Assembly (NCBI RefSeq): GCF_006345805.1
Contig: NC_043008.1
Coordinates: forward strand, 24,986,001-25,050,000
Reading direction: 5' to 3'
Length of the DNA: 64,000 bases
Source: Octopus sinensis
Lineage: Eukaryota
How positions within the stretch are numbered: the first letter of the stretch is position 1; the number at the start of each line of letters is the position of its first letter. A program made the position numbers and the translations under genes. Under the pieces are notes generated by a model. It worked only from the letters and a program-made list of their open reading frames with translations, did not search any database and was not told the DNA's origin. This document shows positions 47,056 to 57,081 of this stretch, one piece after another.

Positions 47056-50000
47056 ATGGATTGCATTTATGTTGGTTGTTTAAATGTGCGCGGCCTGGGA
47101 TCAAGCTGGAAGCAAGGTCGCTTCCTTAATGATATCAGGTCGCGTAATTTGGATGTTATTGTTGCTACAGAAACCCGGTTAGAGGGGCCAAGAGGTCTAC
47201 TCCCGCTGTTTGACGGCTACGAGAGTTTTTTCTCTCCGGCCAGTCCTACAGGCGGGGGTGGGGTGTTGGTCCTATTAAAAAGAAACCGGGTTTTTGAGAA
47301 AAAGTTAATTTTTTCAGACCCAGAAGGTAGGCTGGTCGTCATGGATTTGACGTTCAGTAACGGTAAAGTTATCAGACTGGTTGCAATTTACGCACCCAAC
47401 CAAAAAGGGCAAAGTGATTATTTTCGAGAACTGGAAAACTTTCTTGGTACTTCGCATTCATTAGTTGTGCTAGGAGACTTTAACACAATTTGCAAAGCGG
47501 ATGTAGATTGTGTTGGCTTGCGTCCAGATAGAAAAGGTAACATTGGCTTCCTGGAACTGCTAAGCCGCTTTGAGCTAGCAGATACTTATAGGTTAGAATT
47601 TCCGAACGCTCCATTGTGGACATGGTCAAACAGCGACGGATCTTCCAGGTCATATATAGATAGGATATTAATTAGAAAAGTAGACAGAAAAATAGCTAAG
47701 TGTCCACAGTTTTACCTGGTCAGCTACAGTGATCATAAAATGGTCACCTGTAAGCTTGACGTAGATAAGGTTAAAAATAGAGGCTCCGGTTACTGGAAAC
47801 TTAATACGTCCCTTTTGGCGATTAAGGAGTACAGAGACCGGATTAGGACTATAATTCAGAGGGCGCTATCTGGTGCCATCATTAATAACAAATGGTGGTA
47901 TGCCCTCAAGCGAGCCATCAAATTCGAGTCTATTAGATACAGCATAGGATTAGTGGCTAGAGAAGCTAGGAGGGAATCTACTCTAGTTAAGGAATTAGAG
48001 GAAGCCTTGAAAACTGGCTCTGCAGTTCAGGTGACGGCCAAGAGACTGGCGTTAAACCAGCACCTCGAGGCCAAACACATGGGCTGCATTGTCAGGGCTA
48101 GGATCCGCGCAATGGGTTGTGAAGGAATCAACGCCGTGAGATGGGCCCGAGTGGTGGAAGCTCAGCGTGGTAACGACGCCACGATTCGATCTATGACTAA
48201 CCAACAAGGTGAGTTGATAAACGAGCCCGAGGGGATGTGTGAGGCCTTTCAGGAGCACTTCGCTCAGCTTTTCGGTGAGTGCGGCGGACTGGATAGGGGG
48301 AGGGCCTTTACGGACCTCCTCGATGGGCTGCCGCGCTTATCGGGGCGAAATGCGGAGGGCTGTGAAGGGCCAATCACGCCTGGGGAGGTGGTTGAGGCTA
48401 TGGCGGACTGCGGCGCGGGCAAGGCGCCGGGTTTAGATGGTCTACCCTATGAGTTATATAAGAGTATGCCAGACTTGTTCGGGCACCTACTAGCAGAGGT
48501 CTATGCGAACTGGCAGCAGAACAGGTTCATACCCAGATCTGTGCGCTGGGGAGTAGTGACACTCGTCAGAAAGGACCCGAGCAAGGGGGAGTGCATTGAT
48601 AATTTCAGGCCCATCACTCTGCTAAACACAGAGTTGAATATTTTGACCAAAGTGTTATCGAAAAGATTGGCGCGTGTCGCGGATGGTCTGATCGGGGAGG
48701 CACAGACATGTGCCGTTCCCGGCAGAACCATTCAGGATAATCTCCATCTTATGCGGTACACTATAGAGGGGTTTAAAAGTGATTCTGGCAAGGGTGGGGC
48801 ACTGGTCCATTTAGACCAATCTAAAGCATTCGATAGGGTCGACCATCGCTACCTGGTATCTGCCCTGGCACAGTTCGGGCTGGGCCTCGGCTTCCTCAGG
48901 TGGATTATCCAAATTTACGACAACATCGACTCGGTAGTTCGGGTGAACGGCTTCTTGTCGAAGCCGTTCAACATCAAGCGCTCGGTTCGTCAAGGGTGTC
49001 CGCTCTCCCCGCTTTCGTACGTGATGGCTCTTGAGCCATTACTGCGAAAACTGAGCGGCATCCCGAGACAGCCAGGTTGTGGAAAATCGGTGTCAGCGTA
49101 CGCGGATGACATCACCATCATCGTAACCGAAATGGATCACCTACGTAAAGTAGGCAAGGCCATAGAGGTTTACGAGACGGTGACAGGAGCAAAAGTTAAT
49201 CGTGAAAAGTCAGTCGGCTTGCAACTCGGCACCTGGAGAGGCAAGTCGATGCCTCCTGACAGCGTCGTGGGACGTTGGACGGAGGGTCCGATTAAGTTGC
49301 TAGGGGTTTGGTTCGGTCCAGACCTCCAAATAGAGAAGAATTGGGGCGAGGTATCGAGCAGGGTGGCTGCAGTAACCAAGACCTGGTCTTGGCGGTGGCT
49401 ATCCCTGAAAGGGAGGGCGGAGGTAGCCAATGTGTTTATCGCATCGGTTATCACCTACCGCCTTTCCGTCGTTCCTTGCCCTGATTCGTGGTTGATCAAG
49501 TTGGAAACAGAGCTCTTCTACTTCTTGTGGAAGGGCGGGAAACCACTTGTGAAACGCTCTACTTGCTGTCAACAACCGTTAAAGGGTGGGCTAGGGATGC
49601 CTTGGCTGATGATGCGCAGACATGCGCTGAGGTTAAGACATCTGTGGCTCTACCTGGATGGTGAACGGGTGTGGTCTCCGCTAGCAAAACTGATGTTTCC
49701 CAAGTTCACTAGTTTCGGTGGATGGGAAACCTGGCTGAATCGTAGATCGAAACTGGGCACATGGTACACGGAGTGTCGCAAGGCTCTCCTGCTATTCCGT
49801 CGCTCGGGCAACGCCTGCGGTGGGGGTTCCACCACATTCTTCTATAGAGGGTTGGTAGAGGCGGAATGTGAAGATACCTTAGGGGAAACCCTAGGTCTCG
49901 ACGATAATCAGCTGGCCAGTCTGTTCCGACGTTCGTTCGAGCCGAAGACACTGGACAACTTCCAGAAGTCTCTGGCATGGCAATGCTACAGAGAAGCTCT

Positions 50001-50451
50001 ACCTGTTCGGGATAAACTCGCAAGGCACGGTGGTCAAGACAGTCCGATATGTCCAAGATGCGAGCGGCATAGGGAAACCGTCCCGCACGCTATTGTTCAT
50101 TGTTCGGTCGTGTCTGAGGTGTGGGTTTATGCCGAACAGCTGTTGTCAAACACACGAAGAATACAGCTGTCGACTGAGTCTATTACAAAAATTGACCCAC
50201 CAGATTTCCTCGCGAAAAAAGGTAAGAATTGTTTTCTCGTTGTAGTAGCAATTGCGAAAGAGGCGATTTGGAAGACTAGAATGAAAGGTTTACGGTCAGG
50301 CAAGTTCATCTCCGGCCCTGGTTTGATGAATTACTTCATCTTTCACCTGAAAAGGAAGATAGGGCTGGAGAGAAAATGCCTGACTAAGAGAGTGTATGAA
50401 GAACGATGGAAAGATGTAGCACGAAAGTTGCGAGTGGATGATACCACATAA
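47056..50451 (+). CDS. Tx1-clade ORF2p: AP endonuclease, reverse transcriptase, C-terminal zinc knuckle (1131 aa, intact)
   Basis: CLNVRGL, ATET, IYAPN, LGDFN, YIDRILI, SDH (EN); KAPGLDGLPYE, FRPITLLN, DQSKAFDRVDH, RQGCPLSP, YADD (RT); CPRCERHRETVPHAIVHC. Confidence 0.96.
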   Translation: MDCIYVGCLNVRGLGSSWKQGRFLNDIRSRNLDVIVATETRLEGPRGLLPLFDGYESFFSPASPTGGGGVLVLLKRNRVFEKKLIFSDPEGRLVVMDLTFSNGKVIRLVAIYAPNQKGQSDYFRELENFLGTSHSLVVLGDFNTICKADVDCVGLRPDRKGNIGFLELLSRFELADTYRLEFPNAPLWTWSNSDGSSRSYIDRILIRKVDRKIAKCPQFYLVSYSDHKMVTCKLDVDKVKNRGSGYWKLNTSLLAIKEYRDRIRTIIQRALSGAIINNKWWYALKRAIKFESIRYSIGLVAREARRESTLVKELEEALKTGSAVQVTAKRLALNQHLEAKHMGCIVRARIRAMGCEGINAVRWARVVEAQRGNDATIRSMTNQQGELINEPEGMCEAFQEHFAQLFGECGGLDRGRAFTDLLDGLPRLSGRNAEGCEGPITPGEVVEAMADCGAGKAPGLDGLPYELYKSMPDLFGHLLAEVYANWQQNRFIPRSVRWGVVTLVRKDPSKGECIDNFRPITLLNTELNILTKVLSKRLARVADGLIGEAQTCAVPGRTIQDNLHLMRYTIEGFKSDSGKGGALVHLDQSKAFDRVDHRYLVSALAQFGLGLGFLRWIIQIYDNIDSVVRVNGFLSKPFNIKRSVRQGCPLSPLSYVMALEPLLRKLSGIPRQPGCGKSVSAYADDITIIVTEMDHLRKVGKAIEVYETVTGAKVNREKSVGLQLGTWRGKSMPPDSVVGRWTEGPIKLLGVWFGPDLQIEKNWGEVSSRVAAVTKTWSWRWLSLKGRAEVANVFIASVITYRLSVVPCPDSWLIKLETELFYFLWKGGKPLVKRSTCCQQPLKGGLGMPWLMMRRHALRLRHLWLYLDGERVWSPLAKLMFPKFTSFGGWETWLNRRSKLGTWYTECRKALLLFRRSGNACGGGSTTFFYRGLVEAECEDTLGETLGLDDNQLASLFRRSFEPKTLDNFQKSLAWQCYREALPVRDKLARHGGQDSPICPRCERHRETVPHAIVHCSVVSEVWVYAEQLLSNTRRIQLSTESITKIDPPDFLAKKGKNCFLVVVAIAKEAIWKTRMKGLRSGKFISGPGLMNYFIFHLKRKIGLERKCLTKRVYEERWKDVARKLRVDDTT

Positions 50452-53400
50452 ATGTAAAACTAGATGAAACCAAAGTATCAGTGGGGAGGCGGGGCTCGTG
50501 GGGTCCGAGCTAAACCCGCTCCCACTCCATCCGTAATGTCTTTTCTATTTTTGTAATTTTTGTAAATTTTTAAATTCGCCTTTTTTGTAAACCCATTCGT
50601 ATATCTGACCCCACATCAGATTGTATTGTCCCCTCTATGTTCGCCCCTTGTGGGTAATAATAAAACAATTCCAGTCTGTTACATATTTTGAGTATTGTTA
50701 TCACTAGCGATATCAAGATATAACTTTGTATTTTGCATTTTATGTGTAGATGTATATATATAGATGTACATGTAATATGTACACATATATATATACACAT
50801 ATATACATGCACTAGCACTATGACCCGGCAACGACGGGTCTTTAATGCTAGTATATATATAACTCAAGGAATTTCACACGAATCAAACTTCTAAAAATGA
50901 AGAAATATGCAATGAAGTTTTCCTGTTAAAATTTTAAGATAAAACTGTGCTTTGGAACTACAGTACTATATAATTCTCTCTATATCTTGTTATGATGTTA
51001 TTTAATTAATATAAATTAGTTAAATGGCAACACGTTCGTTAATTGTACATAGTTAAATGCAGTTGAAACTTCAAAGAAAGAACATTGGAATATCCAAAGA
51101 ATTTGATGCTTAGTTAGTGCTAATCAAAAATGTTATCACTCAACCAAAGCCCTTGTCGCTTCCCTGTTGTTTAGACTTTCTATCCCTACAATGTAAAAAC
51201 GAAAGAGTAAAAGTTTGGTTGATGGCTACAAGTGCATAAAATTTTATGTTCACTAAAATATACGTGCCTGTAGCAAGGGAATCGAATTTTCTGGCAATGT
51301 TATTTCTTTGAAATAACCATCAAGCCTGTAATAGTATTGCAAGTAGATTGCAAGTAGAGATATAGGGTAACATTTTCTGATTAGTATCCGAACATGCAGT
51401 ATCATGGCTCCTTGTATTCCAGCATATTGTAATGATGAATAGTAGATTACGTCGCTCGATGAGAATATCTCCAGGTTCTACGAATATTTATATGGAGCAC
51501 AATTGCACATATCCTTTTAACTAAATTAAATTGAGAATTTCCCTGTGTAGTTCAGGTGACATGAAAAAAGTGTCATTTTCTTGACTTTGTAGATTTAGCT
51601 TTCTCAATTTTATTGTTAACTTTCAGTACAAAAATATTTTAAAATGGAATATTATCTTGACTGTATTTTATTGCAAATTGAATATGATTATTTATTCTAT
51701 TAGGTAAAAGTTTTCCGAGCCATGTACACACATTTTATATTTCAAACTATCATTTAGTAGGCTTTCATTTTGCCATACGGGCATGTAGTTAACTGTCGCA
51801 AAGTAGTTTACCTTCTTTATAATAACAATTACTCAGATCTGCACACCGCTAGAGGAGTTAACATCTGCACACCGCTAGGGGAAGTCATCGTGTAATTGAA
51901 TTTGAGTAAGTATAATACCGATATTACATATAATCCCATATATTCATGTGTGTGTCTCTGTATGGATGTATAATAATATAATTATCTATAATATATAATG
52001 AAATTTATTGGTTTATATATATATATGTGCCCTGCTGTGCGTGTGTTTTCGTGCGTGTGTGTATTTGTGTGTGTGTGTGTGGTGTGTGTGTGTGTTTATC
52101 TGTGTTGTTTTCTGTGGGTGTGTACGTGTGTATGTATAAATAGGCATGACTGTAGTTACGAAATTCGCCTCAGATCACCTATTTTCGTGTTCAGTCCCCT
52201 GCATTAGGACATCATCAAATCTGATCCTCATTTTTCGTGAGCAGAAGCTATAATTTGGCTGTCGAAACCCATTATTCTCTCGGACTTGTTTCTGATAGTT
52301 CAAGGATGTCTCTTCAATTTCACTGACTGCAATTCTTCTTTCAAGCCTTCCTACATCATTTTTGTGAAATTTTGAGGATCCTGTAAGATCTAACATTTAA
52401 TTTGATATTTCAATACTATTTAATAGGGTTTTCTGGGTTTTCAATTCTCTGGTACCCTACTCAGGTTTAGATTAATAGATGGTTTTATCCCGACTATTTA
52501 ATCGACACATCTTCGGGTTGAGATGACGTATAATTCATAAACCTTTTCTTCACAAGCATCGTGTTTTCACCACTGTTTTATGTGTCCATGAAAACCTGAG
52601 CAGGCATAGAAACATTCTAACGCTACTGTATCTTGCCAAACAGAACCTAAAATAAGAGATGACTGCAGGAAAGAGAACTGCATCTGTATTGCCCGTAGGT
52701 TGAAGAAATTATTATGTGATGTCAATTTTTATCTATGTTATAGACTGTGGCGACTAGTAGATAAAATTAGTGGGGATGCTGCTTCAGAAAAATTTTTGCC
52801 GTTCGTTTTATATTGTGTGAAAAGAAACAAACATATAAAAAGAAAATTTATACATAAACTTGATCGGTTCGCGTTTTAGCCACTGGCGGGTAGTGTGCTT
52901 AATTTGTTCACTGAACACCGCTGCGAATTCCCCTTGTTTTTCAAAAATCCCCTAAATCACAAAATAAAGGAGGGGGGAAAATGTGCCCTATTTTTCAAAT
53001 TCTGGCAGCAACACTGAAGCTGGAAGCAGGATAATAATCTAATTTTACACTTTATCACATTCAAGAACATAAATGCACTTTTAAGCACAGCACAAGCGGT
53101 GTCAAAAAGAAACATTACCTTTCACCCGGTACTATCGTTCATACAATGCTATCTCTCACTAGTGTGAAGCTTCCTATCTCGGACACGTGAGCATGCGCAC
53201 AACAGCCAAACACCGCGTCGCTAGAACTCTGAAGCGCACAGCTCAATACAAGGATTTTTGTATTTTTTCATAAAGTAGGGGATGGCTACTGACATTAAGC
53301 TTAAGGATTTATAATGTACAAATATAAAGAAAGAACTAAAGAAAGAAGGACTCGTTATATTGAATGTTATCGATAATATCGAATGGAAATAGGGGTGTTG

Positions 53401-54004
53401 CAGCTCCTATACACGAGCCGCCATTGTTTATAGATAAAGATCTATGTTTATCTATCTGTGAAGTCAATCTTTTTCTATGTTACAGAGCATCATATATATT
53501 GCACAACTTTTTATAGATCTATCAGTCTCTGCACCCTGGAGAATGATGTTCCTGTTTTTCTTGCATATTCAAATGTTACGATTTATCGAGGAAAGAGTAA
53601 CGGGATGCTCATTACATCATGTAGAGTATACTAAGTTGTTCATTAAGCATTATGTTTCAATACAATGCTTATTTATCTTATAATTAAGCTGCCTAATACA
53701 CAGTTTAGTTTTTAATTAAACTGTCTACATAAGCACATTTATGTCGCTGAAGAGCTCATGAGAATGTAATGTAAACGAAAAGGTAATGCATGTAACTAGT
53801 ATTTTAAAAGTTTGTGAAAGCAAAACAATTTGTTCCTGTTGTGTACTGCTGCGTATCTGTGAGTAGCCACTCCTTGGGCAATCGTAGTTTTCTTTAGTAC
53901 ACCCCAAATAAAATTTCATTAGGTAATAAAGCATGAATTATAGAATCCTTTCAAGGGAGACTCAAATGGTCATTTCACGCAATAAGAATAATAATGTTAA
54001 AAAT

Positions 54005-54450
54005 AATAATTTCCAATGTTTGACGCAAGGTCAGCAATTTAGAGGGGGCGAGTAAGTCGATTTCATCTACTTTAGTGCTCAAATTGTACTCATTTCATCG
54101 ATTCTGAAAAGAGGAAAGGCAAAGTTGATGACGACGGAATCTGAACTTGGAATGTAAAGCCAAAAGGAATACTTCTAATCATTTTGTTAAACATGCAAAA
54201 CGATTCTGCTAGTTCGCCGCCTTAATAACTGTGGTAAGGGTTTCCACTTTTGGCACCAGGCCAACAAGTTCTAGTAATAGGGTTAGTGGATTAAATAGAC
54301 CCTAGAGCTCAACTAGTACTTATTTCATCAACCCCGAAAGGATGAAAGGTAAAGTTGACTTCGATTGAATTTGAACTCAGAACGTAAAGACCAACGAAAT
54401 ACCGCTATGCATTTTGCCTGTCGTGCCAATGATTCTGCCAATACGTCACC
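54005..54450 (-). mobile_element. Two tandem SINE copies (family of 4676)
   Basis: Repeated gaaagga(t/g)gaaagg(c/t)aaagttga bodies. Confidence 0.75.
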
Positions 54451-54499
<49 letters not shown>

Positions 54500-54563
54500 T
54501 AATAATGATAATGATGATAATGATGATGATGATGATGATAATAACAACAATAACAACAACAAC

Positions 54564-54605
<42 letters not shown>

Positions 54606-54606
<1 letters not shown>

Positions 54607-55128
54607 GCTGCTGATCTTAACTGATTGGAAGTATTATCATGTACATTGGATTTGTCTTGGTATAAAAGATGGGCTACAGCAAATATTCTGCTCAATACCA
54701 GAGATTTGTTTGTCAGTTGTTTGACCTTAACCAGTTGAGCATGTCCCTTAGTGGCTGACTATATGTGCCTCTCTGATCATGAGCAGAAGAAGCGGGGGAG
54801 CATCATAGCCATGTGTTGAAAGGAATTCTTGGAGGTTTGGATAATTCACTTTTGGAAACAAGGGTGTTTCGTTCAACATCCTTAAACAATTCTTATTCAG
54901 GGACCTTTTGAGTGGGATGGGCTACTCGATCAGAAGAAAATTCTAACTGGGCCCCTCCTGCAATGTCATGCGCTGTTTATCTTGATATGAGATCACCATG
55001 TCGCACACATATGGTTGTGATGCATGTACCTGGTGTACCCTTATAAGATAGGTAGTCATGATGGGTATACTGGGCTTCGTATATTTTACCCTAGTGTCAC
55101 TTTGATGGCATGCACTGCTCTCTCACTC
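54606..55128. mobile_element. Unclassified 523-bp non-coding element with sharp ends inside an (AAT)n/(GAT)n tract
   Basis: Complex, GC-richer sequence bounded on both sides by (AAT)n, with no ORF. Confidence 0.5.
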
Positions 55129-55150
55129 AATAATAATAATGATGATGATG

Positions 55151-55224
<74 letters not shown>

Positions 55225-55234
55225 AATAATAATG

Positions 55235-56580
55235 CAATTGGCAGAAAAACTTTACACAGCTGTATGAAAAGATCTCTGTGCAACACGATGACTGCCTGCA
55301 GCAAGGTCACGTACTTGTCTGGATGGTAAGAGGACGAAAGCTGCTATGCCTCAAGGATCCATTGAAAGAGAACTTGGCATCAAATTTATTACGTATTATC
55401 TGTTTACTACTTATGTAGAAGCTTATGACCGGTGTATTGGCGGAGGTGTTATACAACCATCTGGAAAACAATCTACTACCAGAAGAACAGAAAGGATGCA
55501 GGAAATAAAGTAGGGCTACAAAAGATCATTTATTAATCGATAAAATGATGATTTAAATATTTTGGTACAGATTGACGGAACTGAATATATCATGGCTAGA
55601 TTATAAAAAGCATATGACAAGGTACCATACGGTTGGATAAGTGAATCAATGAGCATGTTTGGAATAGCAAATCAACATGAAGCAAATGCTTAATAAATGT
55701 ATGAAACTGGAATAATGAATTGATCGGAGGAAAACAAAAACTCGGAAACGTGAACATCAGACGTGGACTATTCGAAGGTGATAGCTTATCTCCATTACTA
55801 TTCGTATTGGCCATGGCACCGCTCACTATGATATTACGTAAAGTTATAATTGCTTACGTTCTGGGAAAAGGAAATGGTCACATAAATCATCTCTTTTTTA
55901 TGGATGATGTAAAAGTTTATGCGGAAAATGAGAAACAGCTCGAAAGTTTTGTACATACTATCCGCATTTTTTCAAATGACGTAGATATGGAATTTGGGTT
56001 AGAAAAGTGCGCTTTAGTGAAATTGAAACGAGGAAGATTTGAAAGAAGCCAGGGAATTCACATGTCGAATAGGCAAATAAGAGCAGTTGAAAAAAGACAG
56101 CGGTATAAATACTCGGGAATACTGGAAGCAGATGAAATATAAGATAAAGAAATGAAACAAATTATCAGTAAGAAGTACACAAGGAGAATAGGAAAATTAT
56201 TGTAGTCAAAGCTGAATTCCAAAACTTATTGAAGCAATAAATTCAGTACTTTTAATCAGATATGGGGATGGAATAACAGATTGGACCAAAAACGATATAA
56301 AGAAAAACAAGAAATTTGTTGACATTGTATGGAGCCCTCCATTGTATGGAGCTCATATCAACCAGTTGTACTTGAGCAGAGACCAGGGTAGAAGCGGTTT
56401 AATAGTAGTAGAAGAATATGTATAGATAGAAAGAAAACGCCTAAGCACAGAAAAACTACTAAAGACAGTAAATAAAAAAAACAGGTGATGAAACGCGTTA
56501 TAGGAGAAAAGGACAAGAATGAAATACATAGAGAGCACGTCAGACAGGTTGAAGAGAAACCACTGCATGATCGATGTAAA
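55235..56580 (+). mobile_element. Degenerate R4/Dong-like RT fragment starting after (AAT)n
   Basis: LLPEEQKGCRK, DYKKAYDKVPYGWI, RRGLFEGDSLSPLLFVLAMAPL, FFMDDVKVY, MEFGLEKC, YKYSGILE. Confidence 0.88.
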
Positions 56581-56678
56581 TGTATTGTTAGAAAATGATG
56601 CAGAAGTAATGGGAAGAGCTATATTACAATGGTGGTTAACACGATATAGTGAGGTATATTAGAGAAGACCAGGATCAA

Positions 56679-57081
56679 TCTACAATTCCCTTCTTGTCAA
56701 TCTCTCAATTTGTCCGAAATGTCTTTTCAACTTTATGTGCTATTTATTCAACTCTTTCTGCAGCAACCATAGCTGCAGCTCTGATAATCTTGTTGGTTTC
56801 AATTATATTTCTCGTCTGAAATAGTTCAAGGACAGAGTCTATCCTTTCAGTTTTAGCTTTTTCAACATACTTATAAAATATGTTGATAGGCGCAAACTAA
56901 AAGCTAAAACTGAAAGGATAGACTCTGTCCTTGAACTATTTCAGACGAGAAATATAATTGAAACCAACAAGATTATCAGAGCTGCAGCTATGGTTGCTGC
57001 AGAAAGAGTTGAATAAATAGCACATAAAGTTGAAAATACATTTCGGACAAGTTGAGAGATTGACAAGAAGGGAATTGTAGA
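56679..57081. repeat. Inverted repeat with 183-bp arms (56679-56861 / 56899-57081) and a 37-nt spacer holding an 8-bp hairpin
   Basis: Two mismatches seen between arms; tcaacata/tatgttga in the spacer. Confidence 0.95.

Larger units (their letters stand above)
45554..50666 (+). mobile_element. Full-length Tx1/L1-clade LINE
   Basis: 5' UTR, ORF1, 13-nt spacer, ORF2, and a 3' UTR with hairpin and aataaaacaatt end. Confidence 0.93.
42940..50851 (+). mobile_element. Non-autonomous Helitron-like repeat (42940-43617 and 50678-50851) hosting two Tx1-type insertions
   Basis: A|TC start at 42940, internal 145-bp tandem duplication (42991-43135 / 43136-43281), 3' hairpin gacccg/cgggtc (50822-50840) followed by CTAG|T at 50848-50852. 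Joining the two halves into one element is inferred. Confidence 0.6.

Noticed and set aside
48052-50309. Several 60-115 aa ORFs overlapping ORF2
   Set aside because: Alternative-frame shadows of a GC-richer coding region with no independent motifs.
51837-51878. atctgcacaccgctag repeated with a 26-bp period
   Set aside because: Two units only; an ordinary local duplication.
52175-52396. 73-aa minus ORF after an AG acceptor
   Set aside because: No recognisable domain and no good donor; could be chance or an unrecognisable LINE remnant.
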